A stretch of 24,000 bases of DNA from Candidatus Terraquivivens tikiterensis (GTDB lineage: Archaea; Thermoproteota; Nitrososphaeria_A; Caldarchaeales; Wolframiiraptoraceae), in contig NDWU01000002.1 of NCBI GenBank assembly GCA_003056285.1, positions 70,839-94,838 of the forward strand, in the 5' to 3' direction. The translations under genes and the position numbers were made by a program. This document shows, piece by piece, positions 9,070 to 15,838 of this stretch. The first letter of the stretch is position 1. Every line of letters begins with the position of its first letter. The notes under the pieces are model-generated. The model searched no databases, had not been told where the DNA came from, and saw only the letters and a program-made list of their open reading frames with translations.

Positions 9070-9621
9070 GGGTCTTCTATTTTTAATGAGGCATCCGTCG
9101 GCCATTCCCTATTAACTCTTCTTTTTGTTTCTGACAGTATCGCGGACTCCTAGATTGTAGGACAGCATTTTGCCCAGAAAAACACGCTAACCGTAGGATG
9201 TAGGAGAGGTTCTGTTAACCTTGTTTTGGCTAACTTCCTCCTTTTTGTTCCCTGTGCTTGTCCACATCCTTGAGTCCGTAAGGGCACGGGCCATCACTAC
9301 GTTCAGGAGGCGGTCGTCCCGAACTTCAGGGACCCAGCTGAAGCCCTATACCTGCCGAACCTCCCTGGCTCGGAGGCTCATTTTTGGACATCCAGGCAGC
9401 ATTCAGAACTTTCATATTTAAATACTGTCGGTGTTCGTCCAACTCTTGAAAGACGCGGCTTTCTCGCCGATTTGGTAACTTTTAAACCGCTGCAAAGTTA
9501 TAGAAGAATAAAGCATAAATATCCTTGAATATTGCTTTTGCAATGAGGGGCATTCCGATGGTACGCGAGGCCATGCTGGCCGACATTGAGAAAATTTCCC
9601 GGATAATGGCAAGAAATGGAT

Positions 9622-9742
9622 CCCGCGGTAGCTCAGCCTGGTAGAGCTTCCGGCTGTAGGGTCTGCCGATGGCAGGCCTGCCCAGCCTACCAGGCGCACA
9701 GAAACCGGAGTGTCGCAGGTTCAAATCCTGCCCGCGGGACCA
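9622..9742 (+). tRNA. tRNA-Tyr (anticodon GTA) with a 44-nt intron at the canonical 37/38 position (9660-9703); CCA encoded
   Basis: The cloverleaf was folded by hand. Acceptor stem CCCGCGG/CCGCGGG with the C1-G72 pair typical of archaeal tRNA-Tyr. U8 A9, D-arm GCTC-AGCCTGGTA-GAGC, anticodon stem TCCGG/CCGGA, loop CT-GTA-G[intron]A. Variable loop GTGTC, T-arm GCAGG-TTCAAAT-CCTGC, discriminator A, then CCA. The intron contains CCTAC complementary to the anticodon region GTAGG, and an internal hairpin CTGCC-GAT-GGCAG. The mature length is 74 nt. Confidence 0.93.
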
Positions 9743-9746
9743 CACC

Positions 9747-9751
9747 TTTTT
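9747..9751 (+). terminator. Oligo-T tract immediately after tRNA-Tyr (archaeal-type terminator candidate)
   Basis: A T5 run starts 5 nt after the encoded CCA. It lies in the 5' arm and loop of an 8-bp hairpin, CACACCTT(13 nt)AAGGTGTG, at 9741-9769. Confidence 0.35.
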
Positions 9752-9896
9752 ACTTTATTAGAAGGTGTGAGGATAGACCAAAAGAACGATTTCGGGTAAT
9801 AATTTCGATTTTCAAAAATTCTCGTAATGTTTATTATATAGTTAAATTATAGTTAAGCGTACAACCATACTGCTAAACGATGATCTGTACGGAAAA

Positions 9897-10094
9897 TTGG
9901 TTAACGAATGCGTTAAAAGGTATGGGACTACCCGTGCGCTTTCTAGACTCATAAATGAGTTGTTGCAAGAAGGGCTTGGCAGCAGGGCCGAGCTTCTTGA
10001 GCTAATATACTCCGAAAAGATAGTCAGTGTGTCTCAAAAAGAGCTCGAGGAGTTTCGAGGCCGGCTGAGTAAGAGGCTCGAGGAGCGTTGGTGA
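9897..10094 (+). CDS. Ribbon-helix-helix (CopG/VapB-like) antitoxin; the RHH homology extends upstream of the only canonical start
   Basis: The same frame is open from 9846 and reads IIVKRTTILLNDDLYGKLVNECVKRYG..., the classic RHH beta-strand plus helix-1 pattern. No ATG/GTG/TTG occurs before the TTG at 9897. A TATA-like TTTATTATATA lies at 9830-9840. The stop codon (10092-10094) abuts the IS right end. Confidence 0.55.
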   Translation: MVNECVKRYGTTRALSRLINELLQEGLGSRAELLELIYSEKIVSVSQKELEEFRGRLSKRLEERW

Positions 10095-10300
10095 GCTACT
10101 CCCTACTGAAGTAGGGAGCTTCCAGCGTTTAGAGTAGGCTTTACGCCTATCTCCCCATCTGCTGGTTCGCGGGGTTCACGGCTCCGCCATCCCATGCCTC
10201 GCATTAAGGCATGGGCTATGTTCACACATGCGTTTAAGTCTCGGTTGTAGATTAGCCCACATCTTGGACACCTAAACTCTCTTCCTTTAACTTGGGCAAC
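10085..10300 (-). ncRNA. Predicted omega-RNA (reRNA) scaffold overlapping the tnpB 3' end and the right end; extent is hypothetical
   Basis: The composition switches abruptly from AT-rich tnpB body to a GC-rich 3' portion (about 10097-10320). This portion has several stems: CCCATGCC(9 nt)GGCATGGG at 10191-10215, TAGGC-TTTAC-GCCTA at 10134-10148, and the terminal 8-bp hairpin that contains the tnpB stop codon. The placement follows the known TnpB/omega-RNA architecture. Confidence 0.3.
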
Positions 10301-11425
10301 ATGCCCGCATCTATGGCAGGTTTTAGATGTGTTCTTTGTTTCTTTCTTTGTTAAGTATTTGACTTCTATGCCTTCAAGGTTTGCCTTATACTCTATGATT
10401 GTTTGGAGCTTTCTGAACGGTAGCGAATGGAAACGATTGTTAAGCTTCTTTGCCTTCTTAAAGTTTCTACGTATTCCATTTAAGTTCTCCATTACTATTA
10501 TTGGTTTTAGGAATTGTTTTGCATACACTATTATCTGATTTGCTATTATATGAAGTTGCTGGTTTATTTTTCGTTTTTCTTTCCCTCTTAACTCCTTAAC
10601 TTTCTTTAACAGCTTCTTCTCCTGAAGTTTCCTTCTAATATGCCCGTAAAGTCCTCTTGTACGCTTGATTTCTTCTCCTCTCCAAAACTTTCCTTTCATA
10701 GGCTTTTCTGGATTATTCTTCGAAATGGCAACTGCAACAGCTAAGTTGTGCTCTCCTCTGTCTATAGCTATTATTGTTTCATGCTCATCTTGAAGCTCAA
10801 CAGTTTTCGTTAGAACAAAATATGCATACCACTCTTCATTGTGCTTAACCATTTCAACTGTTGCAAACTTCCATTCTCCTTTAAATGCTTCTTCTATTCT
10901 TTGTTTTTGCCTCTCTCCAAAGATTATTGGTAAGCTAATTCTTTTTCCTTTGTTTAGGCTTAAAGTTAACCAATATGGTGTTAAAACGTTGGCTGTCTTA
11001 GAAAAGTTATAGCATCTATTATCAAAACGTATTGAAATCTTTTTGAGTTTCAGATTGCTATCCTCGTTTTTGCATTTATCAAAGCTCTTTAAAACTTCAA
11101 CTGCTTTATCTCTTGCGGTTTGAATTAAGGCTGTGTTAAGATTGAAGAGTCTTTTAGCTTTTTCATAACCATTAGCATGAAGGAATTTCTTGGACTTTGA
11201 GTTAAAGTCAAGATACCATTTTACAAGCTTAAAGTATTCTTCAAGAGTTTTGTTTAAAGCTAAAACCTTGCCTGGATTAGGCTTGAAAAGCTTTCCTACA
11301 ACTGTAACCTGAACATCCTTCTTCAAGGAAACATTCCAAAATTATTTTTCAAACTTTTATATTTAATATATTTAAACCTTTGCCCATTCATCCCAGAGCT
11401 AAAGCTCTGGGTTTTTCTGGGCGAC
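10095..11425 (-). mobile_element. IS200/IS605-family, TnpB-only (IS1341-like) insertion element; boundaries approximate (about +/-20 nt)
   Basis: It carries a single tnpB and no tnpA. Subterminal hairpins lie at both ends: CTCCCTAC-TGAA-GTAGGGAG at 10099-10118 and CCCAGAGCT-AA-AGCTCTGGG at 11392-11411. The body is strongly AT-rich relative to its flanks. It sits exactly between the two halves of a vapBC-like pair. Confidence 0.75.
10103..11326 (-). CDS. tnpB: TnpB (RNA-guided endonuclease, IS200/IS605 accessory protein)
   Basis: 407 aa. RuvC-I IIAIDRGEHN, RuvC-II IIVMENLNG and RuvC-III YNRDLNACVNIA are present, with a Zn finger CHRCGH...CPRCG between II and III. TTG start, with an AT-rich TATA region (TTTAAATATATTAAATATAAAAG on the minus strand) upstream. 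Confidence 0.9.
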   Translation of the reverse strand: MKKDVQVTVVGKLFKPNPGKVLALNKTLEEYFKLVKWYLDFNSKSKKFLHANGYEKAKRLFNLNTALIQTARDKAVEVLKSFDKCKNEDSNLKLKKISIRFDNRCYNFSKTANVLTPYWLTLSLNKGKRISLPIIFGERQKQRIEEAFKGEWKFATVEMVKHNEEWYAYFVLTKTVELQDEHETIIAIDRGEHNLAVAVAISKNNPEKPMKGKFWRGEEIKRTRGLYGHIRRKLQEKKLLKKVKELRGKEKRKINQQLHIIANQIIVYAKQFLKPIIVMENLNGIRRNFKKAKKLNNRFHSLPFRKLQTIIEYKANLEGIEVKYLTKKETKNTSKTCHRCGHVAQVKGREFRCPRCGLIYNRDLNACVNIAHALMRGMGWRSREPREPADGEIGVKPTLNAGSSLLQ

Positions 11426-11857
11426 CATCTTATAATAGATACGACCTATCTTCTCCCCTTAGTACGTATAGGTGTAGAGACAGACCTCTTAAGGGCAATA
11501 GCGGAGAACAGAACTAAAGAGAGAATAAGTTTCACAGACCTAAAGGTCAGCTTAATCTCACTTTTCGAGATGCAAGCTAAGGCATCTAGGCTGGATATAC
11601 CGCCAAGCGACGTAATAAAAGCCATAGAAGTCATACTCAAAACATTCAGAGTAATCCCCTTCTATACAGAAAAGATAATAACCCTGGCGCATAAGCTAAA
11701 AGAACTCATAGAAGACTACATGGACAGGATTATATTGGCAACTGCCATCGCAGCAGGAGAAAGCTTGATCACCGAAGACTCAAGGATACTCTCCATAAAG
11801 GACGGCATAAGGCAAAAATACAACATACAAATAAAGACCTACAAAGACTTGGCATGA
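11423..11857 (+). pseudogene. PIN-domain (VapC-like) toxin gene, 5' end displaced by the IS insertion
   Basis: The frame upstream of the track ORF (11570) stays open and reads ...DHLIIDTTYLLPLVRIGVETDLL..., the PIN N-terminal acidic motif (IIDT). No ATG/GTG/TTG precedes it in frame. The C-terminal PIN motif DRIILATAIAAGESLITEDSRI is present. Confidence 0.65.
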
Positions 11858-12010
11858 ACGGCCTATATGATATAGTTACTGTGCTCGACGAGAAGATCCG
11901 CATCCTTTAGGTGTGGGATGAATCGTTGAAAATTAAAAACATGATTTTAAATTTTTGAGCAAGCCACTCGTATGCTGTCTGTATTTCCAAAGGCCTGAAT
12001 AAGCCTCCGG

Positions 12011-12206
12011 CCGAAAGGAGCAGAGGTTTGGCGAGTGTATGGCCTCCCCCATCATGGAGACTTCGTTAAAGGGCTGGTGGCACGGCCCTTGCTTCTAAGG
12101 TGGTAACAGGATGAAGCGTGAGCCTAAAAGGCAATGAACGACCGATGAAGCCTCAGAGGCAAGAATCCCACAGCCTCGGCTGTTAGCAGCCCGCATTCTC
12201 TGTAGG
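12011..12206 (+). repeat. Copy A of a diverged ~190-nt repeat (possible relic tnpB 3' end / omega-RNA-like right end)
   Basis: It aligns by eye with 20570-20764 in the same orientation. Shared blocks are CGAAA(A)GG.GCAG..GGTT.GG, GTATGGC.C..CCCAT, CTAAAAG.C.ATGAAC.ACCG..GATGAA(A)GCCT.AGAG.CAA.AA.CC..GC.TCGGC.GTTAG..C and TTCT.T.TAG. It is GC-rich relative to the AT-rich flank. Confidence 0.55.
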
Positions 12207-12276
12207 ATAAACACTATCACAAAAGGATGGGGTATCCAAAACCGTTCAACGAACTTAGTTCGGTGGAAATAAAAGG

Positions 12277-12284
12277 ATATAAAT
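12277..12284 (+). promoter_or_regulatory. Candidate TATA box for the glycyl-radical enzyme operon
   Basis: ATATAAAT is preceded by the purine-rich GGAAATAAAAGG (BRE-like). It is centred about 24-30 nt upstream of GTG 12304 / ATG 12310, implying a leaderless or very short-leader mRNA. Confidence 0.4.
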
Positions 12285-12303
12285 CAATTTTTAGGGATTC
12301 AAT

Positions 12304-14742
12304 GTGAGAATGTCTGAAATCCCACATGCAAAAATAAGCGCGGAGCTGGAACGGAGGAAATCGTGCATCAGACCAATAAGTGAAAGGATTGCAAAGCTTA
12401 GGGATGAGAGCGTTAAAGCTGAAGTTAAGGTTTCTGCAGAGAGGGCATTGCTGGTAACCGAATTCTACAGGAGCGGTGCCGCGAAAGGGAAATCCATCCC
12501 AGTTCAGCGTGCTTTGATGTTCAAATACCTAATGGAACGCGTGAGCATTCCAGTTGAGGAGGGGCAGCTTATCGTCGGGATAAGGGGTACGGGGCCAAAG
12601 GAGGTTCCAACCTATCCCGAGATATGCGTCCATACATCCATGGATCTTGAAACCCTAAACTCAAGAAAGAACATGCCGTATAAGGTCGATGAGAGGACAA
12701 AGGAGCTTTACGAGCATGAGGTCATTTCGTTCTGGATGGGCAACTCGATGAGGGACATGATCTTCGATAACCTTCCGAAAGAGTGGAAAGATGCGTACGA
12801 GGCCGGCGTATGGACAGAATTCATGGAGCAAAGAGCGCCCGGACATACCGCCGGAGGAGAGAGGATATTCAAAACGGGAATCTTGGACGTGAAGAGAGAA
12901 ATCAGGAGTAAAATGGATGAGATGGACCCAAGCGACCCTGAATACTTCGATAAGCTGGAAGAGTTAAAGGCGATGGATATCGTTGCGGACGCTATCGTGA
13001 AATATGCGGAGAGGTACGCTGAAAAGCTTGAGAGGATGGCGGCAATAGAAGAAAACGAGCAAAGAAGGGAAGAGCTGAAGCAGATGGCCGAGATATGTCA
13101 TTGGGTTCCAGCCCACCCACCAAGAACGTTTTGGGAAGCTCTCCAGCATTACTGGTTCATTCACGTCGGCATAACTTACGAAACGAATCCATGGGATTCA
13201 TTCACCCCAGGAAGGCTCGACCAGCATCTTTACCCGTTCTACGAACGGGACATAAAGGAGGGAAGGTTGACGAGGGAACGGGCGAAGGAACTGTTAGAAG
13301 CTTTTTGGCTGAAGTTCAACAACCAACCGGCCGTTCCTAAAGTTGGCGTAACGCTAGAAGAAAGCTTTACGTACAATGACTTCTCGAAGATTAACGTTGG
13401 AGGGTTAAAAGTGGACGGGTCGGATGCTGTCAATGAGCTTTCGTACTTAATTTTGGAGGTATTAAAGGAGATGCAAACGATGCAGCCAAATACAGCCGTT
13501 TTAATAAGCAACAAGAATCCAGACCGCTTTGTAATGAAAGCCTTAGAAGTCGTAGCCCAAGGATTCGGAGAGCCTCCGCTCTTCAATTTTGATGGCGCGG
13601 TAATTAAGATGCTGAGGCAAGGGAAGAGCTTAGAAGATGCACGGGCGTGTGGTGTTAGCGGTTGTGTTGAAACAGGAGCCTTCGGGAAGGAGGCGTACAT
13701 TTTAACTGGATACCTGAACCTCCCTAAAATTTTGGAAATCACGTTAAACAATGGGGTGGATCCTAGAACGGGTAAGAGGATAGGAATAGAAGTAGGCGAC
13801 CCGAAAAAATTCAAAACGTTTGAAGAGCTGTTTGATGCTTTTGTAAGGCAGCTGAAGTACTTTGTGTCAATCAAATGCAAGGGAAACGATATAATAGAGG
13901 CGCTGTATGCGAAATACCTCCCGGTACCATTCTTATCGCTCTGGATTGAAGACTGCGTAAAAAATGCGAAGGATTATAATGCCGGTGGGGCAAGGTATAA
14001 CACTAGCTACATCCAAATCGTCGGGTTGGGGACCCTCACGGATTCTTTGGCCTCCTTAAAGTACAACGTGTTCGAAAGAAAGCTTTTCACGATGGATGAG
14101 GTTCTTAAGGCTCTAAGCAGAAACTACGACGGGTATGAAATCATGAGGCAGGTATTCCTTAACAAGACGCCAAAGTATGGAAACGACGATGATTATGCCG
14201 ACGAGATTGCGAAAAGGGTAGTGGACATTATCGTGGAGATCGTGGAGGGGATTCCTCCGACACCGATAAGGAAGGCTTCACGCAGGGTTTACTTCCTTCC
14301 AACGACAGCGCACGTATACTTCGGAAAAGTAACCGGTGCTACCCCCGATGGAAGGAAGGCTGGCGAGCCGCTTTCTGAGGGCGTTTCGCCTGTTCAAGGA
14401 ATGGATAGAAGGGGCATAGCGGCGGTTTTTAGGTCCGTAGCGAAGGTCGATTGGGACAAAACGGGAGGCGCGCTACTTAACCAGAAACTCACCCCAGACC
14501 TATTGCTTGATGCAGAAAACATTAGGAAGATGGTACAGCTAATAAGAACGTTTTTCACGTTGGGAGGCCACCATGTGCAGTTTAACGTCGTTAGCGCAGA
14601 GCTGCTGAGGGAGGCGCAAAAACGTCCCCAAGACTTCCAAGACTTGATGGTAAGGGTTGCAGGTTACAGCGATTACTTCGTAAACCTCCCGAGGGGGCTT
14701 CAGGAAGAGATAATCGCAAGAACGGAACAGAAAACGCTATGA
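12304..14742 (+). CDS. Glycyl radical enzyme, PFL2/PflD / B12-independent diol-dehydratase-like family
   Basis: 812 aa. The C-terminal glycyl-radical fingerprint is MVRVAGYSDYFVNL. The thiyl-radical loop is SGCVETGAFGKE (GCVE type, one Cys plus Glu, not the CC of true PFL). The N-terminal pattern is ERA.L.TEFY...ELIVG-like. An alternative start is ATG 12310. Confidence 0.92.
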   Translation: MRMSEIPHAKISAELERRKSCIRPISERIAKLRDESVKAEVKVSAERALLVTEFYRSGAAKGKSIPVQRALMFKYLMERVSIPVEEGQLIVGIRGTGPKEVPTYPEICVHTSMDLETLNSRKNMPYKVDERTKELYEHEVISFWMGNSMRDMIFDNLPKEWKDAYEAGVWTEFMEQRAPGHTAGGERIFKTGILDVKREIRSKMDEMDPSDPEYFDKLEELKAMDIVADAIVKYAERYAEKLERMAAIEENEQRREELKQMAEICHWVPAHPPRTFWEALQHYWFIHVGITYETNPWDSFTPGRLDQHLYPFYERDIKEGRLTRERAKELLEAFWLKFNNQPAVPKVGVTLEESFTYNDFSKINVGGLKVDGSDAVNELSYLILEVLKEMQTMQPNTAVLISNKNPDRFVMKALEVVAQGFGEPPLFNFDGAVIKMLRQGKSLEDARACGVSGCVETGAFGKEAYILTGYLNLPKILEITLNNGVDPRTGKRIGIEVGDPKKFKTFEELFDAFVRQLKYFVSIKCKGNDIIEALYAKYLPVPFLSLWIEDCVKNAKDYNAGGARYNTSYIQIVGLGTLTDSLASLKYNVFERKLFTMDEVLKALSRNYDGYEIMRQVFLNKTPKYGNDDDYADEIAKRVVDIIVEIVEGIPPTPIRKASRRVYFLPTTAHVYFGKVTGATPDGRKAGEPLSEGVSPVQGMDRRGIAAVFRSVAKVDWDKTGGALLNQKLTPDLLLDAENIRKMVQLIRTFFTLGGHHVQFNVVSAELLREAQKRPQDFQDLMVRVAGYSDYFVNLPRGLQEEIIARTEQKTL

Positions 14743-14743
14743 G

Positions 14744-15709
14744 GTGACGGGACCGCTGTCCGTTTTGTGTTCCAAAAAGCACGCCGAGGCGTCGAACGGT
14801 TCGATCAGAGGTGTCATATTCGACATAGAGAGATACGCAATCCATGACGGTCCCGGTATCAGAACGACGGTCTTCATGAAAGGATGTCCGCTTAGATGTT
14901 GGTGGTGCCATAACCCAGAAGGGATAGAGTCGTTGAGGAACTTAATGTATTTCGAGTATAGGTGCATTCGCTGCAAAACGTGCGCGAGTGCGTGTCCACA
15001 AGAAGCCATCTCGTTCGACGGAGAAAAGCAAATCATCAACAGAGCTTACTGCTCAAGGTGCGGCATCTGTGCAGAGCATTGCCCTACTGGCGCCTTAAAG
15101 CTTGTCGGATATGAGGTTACCGTTCGCGAATTATTAAAAGAGATCGAGAAGGATGTCCTCTTGTATGACCGCTCCGGAGGAGGCGTTACTTTTTCGGGTG
15201 GGGAGCCGCTCTTCCAGCCGCTATTCTTAAAAGAGGCTCTGAGAGGGTGTAAAAAGATGGGCATACACGTAACGCTGGATACATCTGGATACGCGCCGCC
15301 AGAAGTGTTTGAAGCATTCGTGGACAGTGTCGACCTATTCCTTTATGATATAAAATTGTTGGACGATAGGGAACACCGGAAATACACCGGCGTTTCGAAC
15401 GAGCCTATAAAGAAAAACTTGGCAAAGCTTGTGGAGAAAGGTAAGGGTAGCTCAGTAATCTTACGATTCCCGGTAATCCCTGGAATAACAGACACCGAGG
15501 AAAATCTAAAGGGGCTTTTGTCCCTCGTTTCAAAACTTGGTGTGATAAATGAGGTCGATATACTGCCATTTCACGACGTAAGCGAAAAGTACGATAGGCT
15601 CGGCATAGAATACAAGATGAGGGGTCATGGGCCTCCCTCGAAAGAAAGATTAAATTATATAAAAGAAAGGCTTGAAGAGGTCGGATTATACGTAAAAATC
15701 GGAGGATAG
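14744..15709 (+). CDS. Glycyl-radical enzyme activating enzyme (radical SAM, with ferredoxin-like insert)
   Basis: FDIERYAIHDGPGIRTTVFMKGCPLRCWWCHNPE carries the CxxxCxxC motif. There are two extra 4Fe-4S motifs, CIRCKTCASACP and CSRCGICAEHCP. The SAM-binding GGEPL motif is present. GTG start lies 1 nt after the GRE stop codon. Confidence 0.92.
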   Translation: MTGPLSVLCSKKHAEASNGSIRGVIFDIERYAIHDGPGIRTTVFMKGCPLRCWWCHNPEGIESLRNLMYFEYRCIRCKTCASACPQEAISFDGEKQIINRAYCSRCGICAEHCPTGALKLVGYEVTVRELLKEIEKDVLLYDRSGGGVTFSGGEPLFQPLFLKEALRGCKKMGIHVTLDTSGYAPPEVFEAFVDSVDLFLYDIKLLDDREHRKYTGVSNEPIKKNLAKLVEKGKGSSVILRFPVIPGITDTEENLKGLLSLVSKLGVINEVDILPFHDVSEKYDRLGIEYKMRGHGPPSKERLNYIKERLEEVGLYVKIGG

Positions 15710-15838
15710 GGTTATAAGCTCAGCCTTATTAAAACGAATTTCCTAGGTAATTGCATGGGTGGGCCTTTTTCTATGAATTAATTCTCCAAAAGTCTTATTT
15801 ACCCAATCGGTTTAACCATTACGCTCATGATGTAAAAA

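Noticed and set aside
9086-9133. Possible C/D box sRNA (AATGAGG ... CTGA spaced about 50 nt apart)
   Set aside because: The C box deviates from RUGAUGA, there are no internal C'/D' boxes, and there is no terminal stem.
9172-9183. 12-nt exact match (GCCCAGAAAAAC) to the reverse complement of 11411-11422 at the IS left end
   Set aside because: The similarity stops abruptly on both sides. A single 12-mer found post hoc is too short to claim a second IS end or a target-site relationship.
9187-9381. Minus-strand 65-codon frame with a single in-frame TAG (9346-9348), considered as a pyrrolysine read-through candidate given the MtmB-like gene
   Set aside because: The MtmB homolog here is itself non-Pyl and no pyl genes are in view. 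The peptide has no recognisable family similarity. A decayed fragment or chance ORF is far more likely.
12005-12035. SRP-RNA helix-8-like motif CCUC-GG-CC-GAAA-GG-AGCA-GAGG (GNRA tetraloop plus an AGCA internal loop)
   Set aside because: The upstream ~190 nt that an archaeal 7S RNA would need (Alu domain, helix 5/6) is AT-rich, unstructured and overlaps the PIN gene end. The equivalent segment of repeat copy B does not conserve the stem. It is better explained as part of the repeat.
13239-13880. 213-aa minus-strand ORF, plus similar long antisense ORFs at 6044-6541, 15799-16209, 17971-18465 and 21016-21489
   Set aside because: All lie entirely antisense to strongly supported genes (GRE, ABC ATPase/SBP, gldA-like, herA-like, DUF434-like). 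They have Ser/Pro/Leu-rich low-complexity composition and no recognisable motifs, so they are shadow ORFs.
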